From assembly GCA_021613535.1 (NCBI GenBank), contig CP075495.1, positions 8,122,001-8,186,000 of the forward strand: DNA of 64,000 nt, read 5' to 3'. Below are positions 29,430-42,849 of the stretch, piece after piece. The translations under genes and the position numbers were made by a program. Origin of the DNA: Adineta vaga (taxonomy: Eukaryota > Animalia > Rotifera). Within the stretch, counting starts at the first letter, position 1, and every line of letters starts with the position of its first letter. The notes beneath the pieces were generated by a model, which was not told the DNA's origin, made no database searches, and saw nothing but the letters and a program-made list of their open reading frames with translations.

Positions 29430-30752
29430 ATGATGATTTCTCTCATCGTACTTTTTATTCTTACTCTTTGCACTAAATCTTTTCATTCTTCTGTTCCATT
29501 TATTATCAATCCAGATTGTACATTATCTGAATGTACAAATCCTCATTATCCAGCAATATTTTATGCAAATCATTATGTTGCTGATGATACAATTCATATT
29601 CTCTATTCATCCTTAGATGAATTAACAATTAGTATTATTCAAACAAAAAAAGGTTATGGTCCACATTTTAATTATACAGCATTATTTAGTGGAAATTATT
29701 CCGGAGCAATTTCATTTGCTGATACAGTTCCTTCCAATTCATTTTCATTAATCCTTCGACGTTTGATTCAATTTGAGGATGTAAATGATACGGGTATTCT
29801 AAATGAAACTGATACATCCATACAATCCTATTGGTTAAAAGATTTACGTACACATATAACGTCTGAAAATAAGAGTACAACACAACCATCATTTCAATTA
29901 CCATTAGAAAATGTAAATCTTTGATTTTAATTCTACGAGGAAAAAAAGAAAAAGATTTGATTTCTTTTAGATTACTGGTCTTTTAACAATTGACGTGAAT
30001 TATCCAGGTGAAACAACACGTGATACAAAGTTTCCGAAATTACGTTCAACACCAAAAAGTTATTTTCTAAATATTGCTATACAAGCTGATAATTTAACAT
30101 CAACTCGTACACGATTTGCTATGGAATTTTATCTTATCCAATTAGGTATTGAAGGTACACAACTTTCAACATCAAGATATATCGATGATCAATATACACC
30201 AGGTTAAAAGGTGTTCATTATTTCCTAAATTTATAATATTCTTTTTTTTTTAGGTATATTTAATGTTTGGCAAATTAAATCACGTAGTCCAATATATTCT
30301 TCATCAATGTTATGGAAACCAGTTGTCTATCAAAGTGTTGATCGTTCGATAGAAAAAAATACTTTAATGACAGTATATGATTTAGAGAATAATATTACAC
30401 TTCAAGAATTCATTGATCAAGGAATTTTCAGAGCTCTTTATAATGGACCCTATGTTTCAGCATTGAATGTTTCATTTGGTCGAGCTAAAGATGGTTTGTT
30501 TAGTTTTCTTTTGTTATTTTCTTCAATTACTTTCTTATCCTAGGTTTCTTTGTTAAATCCAATTATTCATTTATTCAAATGACTGCTGGTTTGGATATTC
30601 TTGAAATGGATTCAGTCACACGATTTATTACGTTGGCACTTTTTCTTACTCTACTTTTGCCAGGTTTAGTAGCTATTATTGCATTGATATTTATTATGAA
30701 ACGTCGCTATTCAAGATCAGATACGACAGGTTATGATGTAATTGAAGATTAA
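29430..30752 (+). CDS. GLMP: Glycosylated lysosomal membrane protein (NCU-G1 family)
   Basis: Signal peptide, many N-x-S/T sites, LRRLIQFEDVNDTG, RTRFAMEF, IDDQYTPGIF, LWKPVVY, LNVSFG..KDGFF, a C-terminal TM and a GYDVI tyrosine sorting motif. Confidence 0.85.
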
Positions 30753-31326
30753 AATACATTCATTTCTCCTATTGCATATTAACATATGCTACTATCGGTA
30801 CATTTTCCTCTTTTGTTACTCATATCAGTGATTATATTTTTTCTTTTTTGTTTCAAAAAACTTGAAGTTCGATTTTTTTTTCATGTGAATAAAACTAAGA
30901 GAAGATCTGTTTATAGATAAAATCTATGTATCGTCTAATGTATATATAATACAATGAAGAAAGAAGCAAAATAATGAATAGACTATTGTTCAAAGAAATA
31001 TATTTTTCCACAGAGAATCGTTCTTGATTCAGTCATTGTAACGAGATTAAAGTCGATAAAAGTGAACTATTTCTCGTATAATTCACTCGTTGCACGCATC
31101 AAATACATATCCCTCGAGTATTGCATGTATTTATGATTTTTATTCTAGACGTAAAGATAACTAAACAAATGTATCGAGTAGTCTATCTCTGTTTTGTTAT
31201 TAACATAGAATTGTAGTCCATCAAATCATTTCTCATATATTATATTCATATAATTCTTCCGAGTGTTTCGTAAGTTTACATCGATTGTTTTTAAACAGCT
31301 AGAAGTCTGTTTTTATTAGATTACAA

Positions 31327-32289
31327 TCAAATAACTGATGTTGCACTGCGTGTATATGTTGTCATTGGTCGTATACGACATGAAACTTGTGGGTTTTGTG
31401 TCCATAGATATCGATGAAATAGATCTTGTTTAATTTCTTCAAACTTTTCATATTTTTCAACTATTTTATTAGATTTCTGTTCAGATTGTGAAGGTCGTTT
31501 TGATGATGTTGATGTTCGATGACGCGATGTTCGTGGAAGATTAAATTCATGAGTAAAATATTCTGGTCCAAGCATAACTAAATCCGATAGACGATAATCT
31601 TTCTGTCGATTCCGATAAGATTTATAAGTCGATGTTAACGGAAGTTTCCGATGAGCCGGTGAAGATACTCGTGAGAATACATCAATATTTGATTGACGTG
31701 ATACAGTTAGTTCATGTAATAAAGGTGATTGAGTTGAATCATATTCAACAGGAATTGCATTTTTTATATCATTTGTTTCTTCCGAAATATTTTCAGCAAC
31801 AGAAAATCGTGGTTGAATTGATTGATGACGCATACGTACGGCACTGAGAACTGAAAAAGCTGTCGTTGCTAATGAAATATTACTTGTCTGACTGATACGT
31901 ATTCCTGTATGTTGATGAGCTGAACTTTTTCGATGATATGATTTCATTGTTGGAAGAATGTTAAAACTAGGTTCTCGCGAATAGTTATTCGAGATTTGTT
32001 TACTTCCAGCTGGTATTGATATACTATGTCCAGGTTTTGATACATAAACAGAACTTTCGCCTGGAAATTCGATGATACAATCTTCAACACAATCTTCTAA
32101 TGTTGATTTGAATATATCCGAACATTTTCCATTTACAACGAGTACTTTCTCTGGTGTATATGATTTCGCTGATTTATTTTCTTGAAAATCAGTTATTGAT
32201 GATCGACGTCGTGTTATACTACTGCATCGTGATCGATTGTTTATATTCAATAGATGAGTACTGTTCACACTTCCACGACGTGATGACAT
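31327..32289 (-). CDS. Uncharacterised 320-aa Ser/Arg-rich protein (may have an upstream exon)
   Basis: Long ORF with no recognised domain. A splice-acceptor-like tttctatag lies near 32314. Confidence 0.65.
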   Translation of the reverse strand: MSSRRGSVNSTHLLNINNRSRCSSITRRRSSITDFQENKSAKSYTPEKVLVVNGKCSDIFKSTLEDCVEDCIIEFPGESSVYVSKPGHSISIPAGSKQISNNYSREPSFNILPTMKSYHRKSSAHQHTGIRISQTSNISLATTAFSVLSAVRMRHQSIQPRFSVAENISEETNDIKNAIPVEYDSTQSPLLHELTVSRQSNIDVFSRVSSPAHRKLPLTSTYKSYRNRQKDYRLSDLVMLGPEYFTHEFNLPRTSRHRTSTSSKRPSQSEQKSNKIVEKYEKFEEIKQDLFHRYLWTQNPQVSCRIRPMTTYTRSATSVI

Positions 32290-33262
32290 ACTTGACGACG
32301 AATCGGATAAAACTATAGAAAATAAATAGTATAAAATCTATTTATGAATTGTTCAATCACTTCAAAACGATTGAACAATAACAAAAAGAAGAAAAGAAAT
32401 GTAAAAAACAATTTCCATAGTATTTCTTCACCTATATTACCCAACCACGGACAAAAAGAACACAATCATCTACTTGTTACTTGATACATTTATATATATA
32501 TATATCTATTAGTGAAATACTTCTTCAAGCGAACAACTAAAAACGATTGATTCGAGTCTTTCTCATTTCCCCGTATGTCTGAAACGATAAAAATTATTCC
32601 TCAATTATCATTTCCTGTTCCGCTTAATTTCCTAGCGTTTTTGTGAAATTCTATCGAACAATACTCATACTTTTATTCTCATTCTCTTTCTGTTTTTTTT
32701 TTAATATTTTATACTTCGAAAGAGAAACAGATATATGACAATTATTTGACATAAAAACGAATCAGATATATTACCTTCATCATCAATCATATCATTGTTC
32801 ATCTTCTTTGATTTGTTATCGAGATCTTTCGTCATACCTATAATCAAATATTTTTTTCTAATAGAAGAGAATTGCTTTATATATGCATAATAATCATATG
32901 TATTATTTGATAAGTAAAGCCTAATGAGTACAAACGAATGCATGTACTTGTAACAAAAGTACGAAATTTTCTCTTTTTGTTTCATTCAATCTTATTATTT
33001 TACTAAATTTATTTATTCGAGAAATAAAGAAAGTATAAGAATTCATTGAAATGAATAAATATGTACGTAGAAAGATCTCATGATGAATTTTAATCAATTT
33101 GATTATATAACATTTTTATATTCAATTTCTTTTTTTTTCTTACAACAATGCATCATTTTCTGTACTAATACTTGCTTTTTGAATGATTAATATTCTGTTA
33201 GTCAATAGAAAAGCGGACATTTCATCTTATTTGTACGTATTGTAAAACTATAATATTTTAAT

Positions 33263-33907
33263 CTATATACAACAATATTTGTTTTTTTTCGTTGATGTTT
33301 CATCTTTTGTTGAAGCTTCTTTCGACATTGTTAAATAATGCATTGTAAAAAAATCATTTTGTATCCAAAAGAATTTATTAAGTGCCATTACAGTTGCTTG
33401 CCGCGTTTTATCATCGATATGTTCGTCATTCCATAATACATCGATTAATAAATGTTCTAGGTAACCTAGTAAAGTATTGATATGTATGTAATCAACATTA
33501 ATTGATGCTGAACCAGCTTGATTTGTATGCATTTTACCAATATGTGATAAATATTGAAGAAATGTATCATTCCATTCACGTTGAGTTAGAACACGTTTTA
33601 AATACATACTTAACATATCTTTACGAAAGGTCATTTGTGCAGATTCTAGTGTAATACCATGAGCTGCTTTTGGTATAAAACCTTCGAAACCTTCTGTATT
33701 GACTAGGAAATATTTTTTGGTTATATCAAATGAAAATAATTTTCGGTAAACTGTGTCAGCAATAACAGGTATACGTGGGAAAAGTATCGGTGCAAATGCA
33801 TTCAATAGAACAATATCATCCGAAGTAAAATGTAAAAATTTCGATAAATATTCAAAACGATAACGAAGATCATTGTTGAGTCGATCATTGTCAATATGTT
33901 CTGACAT
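33263..33907 (-). CDS. Single-domain sensor globin (protoglobin/fungoglobin-like), copy 1
   Basis: LRYRFEYLSKFLHFTSDD...VYRKLFSFDITK...FRKDMLSMYL...YLSHIGKMHT (proximal His)...VDYIHIN...NKFFWIQNDFF; intronless. Confidence 0.88.
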   Translation of the reverse strand: MSEHIDNDRLNNDLRYRFEYLSKFLHFTSDDIVLLNAFAPILFPRIPVIADTVYRKLFSFDITKKYFLVNTEGFEGFIPKAAHGITLESAQMTFRKDMLSMYLKRVLTQREWNDTFLQYLSHIGKMHTNQAGSASINVDYIHINTLLGYLEHLLIDVLWNDEHIDDKTRQATVMALNKFFWIQNDFFTMHYLTMSKEASTKDETSTKKNKYCCI

Positions 33908-36900
33908 TGTGTTTGTAAAAGAGACTTTCTCGTTGATTTGTTACTAAAATGTAGACACAAAAGAAAAGTTGGTTCTCTATTTGAACGGCAATAGAAGTAG
34001 AGAAAGAGAAAGTGTGAGATTTTCTATTTATCTTGCTAGAATGTCAATAAGATATGCGATAAGAAAAAGAAAAGGAAAAACTATATCTAAGAAACACTTT
34101 TTCTGCATAATGATCTCCATTAAAAAAGTCTTTATTGTGTTACTCAGGCGCAAAACATTGTGCATTTATTGACAGTTGAAACATGATTTTGTTGGTAACA
34201 AAACGGAAGAGTAATTTTAATAAAAAATCATTAAGGAAGAAAGCAGTTATGTTCATATCATGATTCATCTTTGAAAAAGAAACTAAGTATATTGAACAAG
34301 ACGTTCTCCGAGGACGCAAGAAATGCTTATGATTCAAGAAACTTAACATGATATTTTGTCTACTCCCTCAAGACATTTCTCGATCTTAATATTATCACGT
34401 AAGTTTTTATCTGGGTGATATATTACATTAATTAACATGTAAAATGCACACTTCAAACACTTACTAACAATCTATTCTACACTGTGACTTTCCGTTTGAT
34501 GGAAAATATTTTTTTATCGATAGATCGATGAATGAATATAAATGTTTACGAGAATGATGTTTATCCAATAGAAATGCACCATCTGTTAACTGTTGATTAC
34601 GTTTAATGATCAGGAAATATTATTCTTTCAGTGTTTTTTATGATTCTCCGAAAACCTTTTCTCTCTCTCTGTCTATGTTGTCTATCAATCAATGATTGAA
34701 TTGCGATAAGCTCAACTATTGTAAATCCAATTCTCATCTTATCGAAGTCTTCTTTATCCTTCTTAATAGTATATGTTTATGATATCAAGTAAAAGAAAAT
34801 GAATGTTTCATATCTACATAGACAGTTGGAAATGCCAGTAGTATTCTATCATGGTCTAATTATCTACAGACGATCTAGTCAACTCTGTATACAAATGTCA
34901 CGAAGAAATAATTAGACAAAAACTTCCTAGTTGATATAGTATAAACACATTGGATTGGAAGTTGATACATGGACATAATTAATTCGTTGAAATGATGAGA
35001 TTTTCTTCTCTTGTGACTGTAATATTTTCAAATAATTGCCTTCCTGACCAATATATTTCATTTTTCCTTACAGAATGAACTTTAAGTTATTTTTTACTTC
35101 TTTTAATATAAATATAAATAATTGAAATTAACGAAAGGTTAATTTATAGCATGATGTTATCAATGTTTTATTTTGGCGAAGAAAAAAGACAACCTACGTG
35201 ATATGATTATAAATCTTCGAATGAAAGAAGTGTTAGACGGTAATTAAGCATTTATTATTAGATTTTACAACGAATGTTTTGCTTCCTACGTGATCGGTGA
35301 ATTAACTTGATAACATAAAAATGAAAGAGATTAAGCCTATAGCATTGCTTCTAAGATGAATTAAGTAATGAATAGTCTTTCATCGTATTCCATACGATAT
35401 CATTTTCTAAATGGAATGCTTTGTAAGCTATTTTTTTATGTTAATTATTGGTTGTTATGATATCCCAAACAAATACTGGGTACTCTTCGATAATATTGTA
35501 TAGAACTGCAGTTATATTTAACATCTTCCGGAAATACGGATAAAGATAACTGGTAATAAATTATATCGTACAGAAACATTATCAAACAAAACAATTTGTA
35601 TAATTATTTTTTTTTATACTGGGAGAATACGTGGTTATATGTATACCAGATTTTTTTGTCCAAATGCACGCATCTTTATACAAAAAAGAATGAAAAATTT
35701 CTATGGTAAAATTATTTTCTAGAGATAAGCTACAAGAAATACAAGCTTTTCTATAAATCATATAATAGAGTGATATCAATTTATGTGTGCTCATTGACTA
35801 CAATTATGATTAATATAGAGTATAACTAAACGAATTTTCTTTTATTAAAATAGATTTTGCTATAGAGTTGATTTGTATTTATCTTCAGGCAATTGTTAGT
35901 ATTTTCTAAAGATCATTAAGCTTCATTATATTTGTTCGTCGAACATAAAATATAAACATAATCCATTGAAAACTGTCTATAAAATTAAACTAAAATAATA
36001 CTTCTCAAAATAGATATGAGAAAATTGAATTGAATTCTTTTAAGAAACAGATGATTCCATCAACTGCCTTTTTTTGTTTTGAAACTTATTTTTGAAAAAC
36101 ATTGACACGACAAATTCATATTACTATCATCGATGCACTTTATCTTTATATAGCGAGTACTGTGTTACTATATTTTCAATCGTATTCCGTAACGAATAGC
36201 ATATTCTCATCAAAATTAGGTAGCGTGTAAATGAAAAGAAAATGTGCTTTGACTTTGACTGTTGAGACATTGTTTAGTAACGTTTAATCTTCTTGTTCGA
36301 AATGACTAAATAGATTCTCGATTTGAATAATTCAGTGATGCATGTAAATATGGTATCTAAAAAACTATGTCAAACAACTCATTGAACTCTCGTGACAACT
36401 AACAAGAATATTCTAACGGTTTTATTAAATTTGTCAGAATTCATTGATTCGTGAAATATTATAGTTGTTTCTTCAAGAATTGGCAAGTAAAATAATTATA
36501 ATGAAAGTTGTCAAAAATTTCCCTGAAACGATGTGTCCTTCAAAGGCATGATTGATTATTTCTTCGAGAAGATAACCTAGACGTACCTTATTATTCCAAA
36601 ATCTTGAAACTGACAACAAAAATATTCCTCGATCGTGGTAGAAGAACATCAGTCTATGTGATTAATGAACTCAAAGTTGATAATAACGAGGTTAGAATGT
36701 TACATATTAAATCATTATTAAAATCAGTCTATTTATCGACGACTCACAGATACAATGAGAAAGATGGTTTCATATTTATATGATTCGATCTGACAATTAA
36801 TCGTTTTTGATAATCGTGATAAGGATGACATTCGAGGGTTATATTAACGATAGTAAATATTTCATACGTTTTTCTTTCTATTTCGGTATATATACAATTG

Positions 36901-36950
36901 TGTTCAATCTATAGTGGAAATTTGTACAAAGGTAAATTAAAGGCTATTGA

Positions 36951-37604
36951 TTAATTTAAAATACAACAACTATGAGAATCTTTTGTGATTTTTTCCGTTG
37001 ACGATAAATCATCTTTTGTTGATGATAAATAGTGCATTGTAAAAAAATCATTTTGTATCCAAAAGAATTTATTAATTGCTGTTACCATTGTGTATTTTGC
37101 TTGATCATCAAGATTTTCAGCGTTCCATAATATATCAATGATTAAATGTTCTAAATAACCAAGTAAAAGATTAATATGTATGTAATCAACATTAATTGAT
37201 GATGATGAACCAGCTTGAGGGGTGTGCATACGTCCAACTTGTGAAAGATATTGAAGAAATGTATCATTCCATTCATGTTGAGTTAGAACACGTTTTAAAT
37301 ACATACTTAACATATCCTTACGAAAAGTCATTTGAGTTGTTTCTAATGCTGAATCAATTTCTTGATTTGCTGAAATATTATCGAAACCTTGATGACGTAC
37401 AAGAAAATATTGTTTTGTTGCATCAAATGAAAATAATTTTCGGTAAACTGTGTCAGCAATAACAGGAATACGCGGAAAAAGTACTGGTGCTAATGTATTA
37501 AGTGCTGTTATATCATTTAAAGTAAAGTTAAGAAATTTCGATAGATATTCGAAACGATATCGAAGATCAGTTGTTACTTTCTTGTTATCAATGTGTTCAG
37601 TCAT
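36951..37604 (-). CDS. Single-domain sensor globin, copy 2
   Basis: Same motifs; QVGRMHT; ends SHSCCILN. Confidence 0.88.
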   Translation of the reverse strand: MTEHIDNKKVTTDLRYRFEYLSKFLNFTLNDITALNTLAPVLFPRIPVIADTVYRKLFSFDATKQYFLVRHQGFDNISANQEIDSALETTQMTFRKDMLSMYLKRVLTQHEWNDTFLQYLSQVGRMHTPQAGSSSSINVDYIHINLLLGYLEHLIIDILWNAENLDDQAKYTMVTAINKFFWIQNDFFTMHYLSSTKDDLSSTEKITKDSHSCCILN

Positions 37605-39393
37605 GATGAGATTGGCTATGCAAATGTTCGAATGTTATTTTTCTAGTCAGTTTTTGTTTTTATGTAGTTTCTTTCTTTCGCTTCTCTCGTCTAGGTTTAT
37701 GATAAGTCAGTTTAGCAGCATATATTAATGTCACTGGAAAACTAACATGTCGCATTTTGCTTTTCTATTATAGACGCAATACATAGATAGTAATAAGATG
37801 TCTAGCATCAGTTAGATTATCATTCTAATTATCATCAAAGTAACTGACGTTTCCTTTCATTAGGTAAAATAACAGCTTGTTCTTCACATTTCAAAATGAA
37901 TAAGTTTGAAAAGAAGTCAGGAAAATAAGATAAAAATTTCATAGACTTTTCCACTCGAAAAAGAAATAGAAAAAACTTTAATTAGCAAATTTGTCTACGA
38001 AATACAGTGAAAGCATGTGCAATGTATAATATGGGGAAGTATCCAATATTCTTCCGTAATTGTAGTGCATGAGCTCGATAACATCGAAAACTTTTCATAT
38101 AGAAAAGTACATTTTCTTTAATTATAGTTGATGTCCTTGAAAAATTGTTATCGAAAAGCTGCCTTTTACACAATGTAGTTATAAATACGAATGAATATAG
38201 ATATCATGATATTCACATATTTCATATTTACATAATTGCTTTCAAATAAACATTGTTCATAACAAAACTATTACACTTATGGAAGACTAAAATAAAATTT
38301 CATATTGTTACAAATTTTTAATACTGATAAATTCTTATTTTTAAAATGATTATAAATAGTGTACACATTCACGATGATTGATTTTAATCAGCTTAAGTAA
38401 AAAAATGAGAAGATTTTCTCACATAAACATTTATGCGCTGCAAAGATATTCAAATGTCAATACAACCTCATTATATTGCATATAGAAATGAAGATTAAGA
38501 AACATAGTTTCAGATCTCATCTTGACATTTACATAAAATACTATCCTATGCTTGATAGACAGTTAAGAACTTCCGATAGCGTCTATTTATTTATAGTATT
38601 GCTCATATACTCACATGAAAAAGGATGTATTGAACACTAATGCTAAAGAATTATACTCATAATTAAAGTGGGAAGACACAAATAACAAAAGCAAACTAAA
38701 TGAGTTTATCGTCGATTCTAAAATATTCAAAACAACTGATACTCAATGTTCCATATTTCCAAAATATGTGAAGTAATTATATTTCTGCTTCATTCATTTC
38801 TTATTCAAATTTATATTGACAGTTCTCTTCTCTAGAACGAACAATATATTACTTTTCAATGCATCGTTACATTCTACTGGCAAAATGAATTTACAAATCA
38901 TATCTCATGAACAGATGTAGTTTGTTAAAAAGAACATCGATGAATATTATGTCTGAAAATTTTTATATAATCTTTACTTTTCCTCTTTATTTAGGCATTC
39001 GACACAATACAAATTTCTTAAAAAATTCAAATATGACTGTTGACAACGTACATTACAAAAGAGACTATATATACAAACAAGAAGAAAGCTGATAACGTTT
39101 CATCTAGTGCAATTGACACATCTTCTTGGTAAGACTACAAACCAGTCTAATGGGAATATGATGTGAATGTCGAACAGAATATACATGATTAATTAAATAC
39201 TCGATTACAGAATTTATTAAAAATTAATATTTTCATATGTAGAATAGATTTCATTTACACACGAAATATGTTTTGATTATATTAAGATAAATTTATAAAT
39301 TGTTTTATTTGTTTTGATTCAATTTTACAAAGTAATCTTGTCATAGCAGATTAAATTCATTTAAATTTTAAAAAAACTGTTTTTCTCATCCAT

Positions 39394-40035
39394 TTATGCC
39401 CAACAACATCTTGATTTTTTCGTTGATGGTGGTGTTTGAATTGATGTCGAACCTTCGTTTAATGATTTAAAATAATGCATTGTAAAAAAATCATTTTGTA
39501 TCCAAAAGAATTTATTTATCGCTAGTAAAGTTCGACTTTTACTACTTTCTATTAGACTATCATTCTTATACAGAATGTCTATCAATAATTGTTCTAAATA
39601 ACCAAGTAACAGATTAATATGTATGTAATCAACATTAATCGATGATGAACCGGCTTGAGGGGTGTGCATACGTCCAACTTGTGAAAGATATTGAAGAAAT
39701 GTATCATTCCATTCATGTTGAGTTAGAACACGTTTTAAATACATACTTAACATATCTTTACGAAAACTCATCTGTGCAGATTCTAATGTTGCACATGGAG
39801 TTCGTTTTGGCGTGGCACCTTCGTTATTGATGAGAAAATGTTGTCTTGTTATATCAAAGGAAAATAATTTTCGATAAACAGAATCAACAATAACAGGAAT
39901 CAGTGGAAAAATAATAGGTGCAAATGTATTAAGAGTTGTTATATCATTTGAAGTAAAGTTAAGAAATTTCGATAGATATTCGAAACGATATCGAAGATCA
40001 TCATTGAGTCGATTGCTTTCAATATGTTCAGCCAT
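39394..40035 (-). CDS. Single-domain sensor globin, copy 3
   Basis: Same motifs; QVGRMHT; ends KKSRCCWA. Confidence 0.88.
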   Translation of the reverse strand: MAEHIESNRLNDDLRYRFEYLSKFLNFTSNDITTLNTFAPIIFPLIPVIVDSVYRKLFSFDITRQHFLINNEGATPKRTPCATLESAQMSFRKDMLSMYLKRVLTQHEWNDTFLQYLSQVGRMHTPQAGSSSINVDYIHINLLLGYLEQLLIDILYKNDSLIESSKSRTLLAINKFFWIQNDFFTMHYFKSLNEGSTSIQTPPSTKKSRCCWA

Positions 40036-41384
40036 GGTTGAATAAAAAAATGAATGGTTTGCTTGAAAAGAAAAATGACAGTTTATTTTGTATTTCCTAT
40101 GTTAACTGTCGGTTAATATTTTTTTCCTTTTTTTCCTTTCCGTACCGTGATACATCAAACGTCATTGAAAAAGAAATTTAATTGCACATAATTTCGAATC
40201 TAATTTCATTATTGCAATAAACAAAAACTAAACGATTACCTTTTCATCACCCGAAAGATATTTTGCAACATGAAATCGAGTAAAACATGCGATTTCAACA
40301 TTAATAGATTAAAATGTAATTTGATTAAAGAGAAGATTAGTATTGTTTTAAAGGGTATGTGCATAAATCCTGTTACAAATGATCATAGCTAATTCATGTG
40401 ACCAGAACATTTCTTGTTCAACCAATAGAATAGGTTGTGATAAACCCAAATGCATCAGTGAATAATTTTTGTTGTTTTACGAAAGTAATCTGTATGACTA
40501 ATTGATAATATTACTAATAACAAAGACGAAGACTGAAAAGAATTTATTACTAACTTTTTTCTTTAATAGGCATGGTTTCATGTCGTTTTGCATGTCGCAA
40601 AACAATTATATAACTGTTTTTTTCTACTATTCAAGGAAAAAAATATGTAACCTTTCTACAACAATTGTGATTAATTTACAATTGTTGAAAGCGTTCACCT
40701 TCTAATATATCATGCGTTTTTCGTAATCATTAAACGACAGAATCAGAATTTTAAACATTCAAGCTTAAACAATATATGACCTTGTTTTTCCCATGATACT
40801 ATTTATGTATATGGATACATCGGCACAAAGTTTACGGTCAAGTGTAGTGTACGTACCTAAATTAAAAACATTGTTGAGCTATTCAGAAAACTGAATTGAA
40901 TATAAGTAGGGCAAAGAAAATATCTTATAACTTTAAAAGACGATTTGTTCTTCACTGAAATATCTGAGATTCCACTCTGGTACTCTTTATGAAATTAAAT
41001 AGTCAAGATATAAATGCCATGTCAATAAATATTCTATTTCCTTTTATATGAATAGTGGAAAATAATGACTATACTTGTTTTGTATAAAGATCTCTCTTTC
41101 TGGTATTATATAAAAACGAACTGTTTTAAACGTGAAATGAATTTAAATAAACAAAAAAGATAGAGACGAACAATAATAAGAATATAGGTAATTTTATTCA
41201 TAGTTACTGTATTTACATATGAGATAAATGCAAAGATTGTCTAGATTTTTCCAAGATATTTTTATCCATTTTACGTATAATATATCATTTCTTAGTGTTA
41301 GTTAAGAAATATATAAATATATATCGATTATTTAATCTCTTTCTTTTTATTATATACATGAAGATAGTATGAAAAAATAGATAA

Positions 41385-42029
41385 TCAATGAAACCAACAT
41401 TTAGACAAACTAGTTATTGGTACAGATGAAATATTCTTCTCTTTCACTGATATTCCATAATGCATGGTAAAAAAATCATTTTGTATCCAGAAAAATTTAT
41501 TAATTGCACTTAATGCATCTAATTTCTTCGTTTCATCAACTTTATCGGTATTCCAAATAATTCCAATAAAATTTGTTTCAAGAAATGATAATAATGTATT
41601 AATGTGTAGATAATCAACATTAATCGATGCTACACCACCATTCGTCGTATGAATTTCTCCTACACGAGATAAATATTGTAGAAATGTATCATTCCAATCA
41701 CGTTCAGTTAAAATACGTCCTAAATAAACGCTTAACATATCTTTTCGATAATTGACTTGAACAGATATTAATGTACTGCCAGTTTCTTTATTCGGACAAA
41801 ACTGTTCAAAACCATCGTGAGGTGAAAGAAAATAATTTCGTGTTATATCGTAGGAATATAACTTTTTATAGGCTTTTTCCACAATACTCGGCAGAAGTGG
41901 AATGATAATTGGAGCTAAAATATTAAGCATATTAATATCATCAGAAGTAAAATCGATACATTTTGTTATATAATCAAAACGATAACGTAAATTAGTAGTA
42001 AGTCGATGTCTATCGATGTGTTCACCCAT
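41385..42029 (-). CDS. Single-domain sensor globin, copy 4 (start at MGEHID by alignment to paralogs)
   Basis: Same motifs; RVGEIHT; ends SKCWFH. Confidence 0.86.
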   Translation of the reverse strand: MGEHIDRHRLTTNLRYRFDYITKCIDFTSDDINMLNILAPIIIPLLPSIVEKAYKKLYSYDITRNYFLSPHDGFEQFCPNKETGSTLISVQVNYRKDMLSVYLGRILTERDWNDTFLQYLSRVGEIHTTNGGVASINVDYLHINTLLSFLETNFIGIIWNTDKVDETKKLDALSAINKFFWIQNDFFTMHYGISVKEKNISSVPITSLSKCWFH

Positions 42030-42849
42030 TCTGATGTAATACAAAATGGTCTTAAATTTCTTAACAAAAAAATAGAATCTTCTTCTTTCTCCTTTCTACG
42101 TAGGCGATGAGAGACTTTATAGAAAGAAAAATCTGTTTTTCTCTTCTTCATAAAAGATCTTTGGAACTACTTCTTTGTCCCCTCAAGTCATCTTGATTAA
42201 GAAAACATAGTCATTATTTTCTATGATTTAATATATCCTTCTCTTTAATTACTAATTGTGTCTATTCATGTCATCTGTTTTCGTTCTAAAAAAAAAGCTA
42301 TTAAAAATGAATGATAGTTTTACTTTGATATGAAAAAAGACACGTTCATATTAAAAATAGTGCTTCAGATTCCATAAAATAGAATTCTAGTTAGAATATT
42401 ATATTGTTTCGACCAAAAGAAATCTACTGTTACGCCTCTTTACCTCGAATTGTCACTTATTCATTTTATTAAGAACGAATTTATCTGTAGAAAATCGTAA
42501 ATGATTATGTTTTAGAAATGTTTGAGCACATAATCAATGATCGAAAGAAAGTTAGTTATTATAAAATACAAATCCTGTTGATTTATCATACATGAAAAGT
42601 GAGGAGATCTATTGAAAAGAAGCATTGATGAAGAAGACGTTCTTGAGCAAGTCATAAATTGCGACTTTCGAATATTAATACCTAACCGCGTCATCAAAGT
42701 TTGATTTTATGAATAGAAAAGCAAAAGTATTATAATTCTGAGATTTCCGTGTGACTACATTTCAATAGTCGACTGAAAGTATTCTATTACTATTTCCATC
42801 TACATGATTGATTTTGATTATAAATGATATATTGAACAACTTTTTATTC

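Noticed and set aside
28290-30752. Adjacency of two endolysosomal membrane genes (TM2D1, GLMP) as a functional cluster
   Set aside because: Two neighbours ~490 bp apart is not distinguishable from chance without synteny data.
37196-39830. Similar + strand ORFs (37196-37462, 39642-39830)
   Set aside because: They are antisense shadows of the near-identical tract in globin copies 2 and 3.
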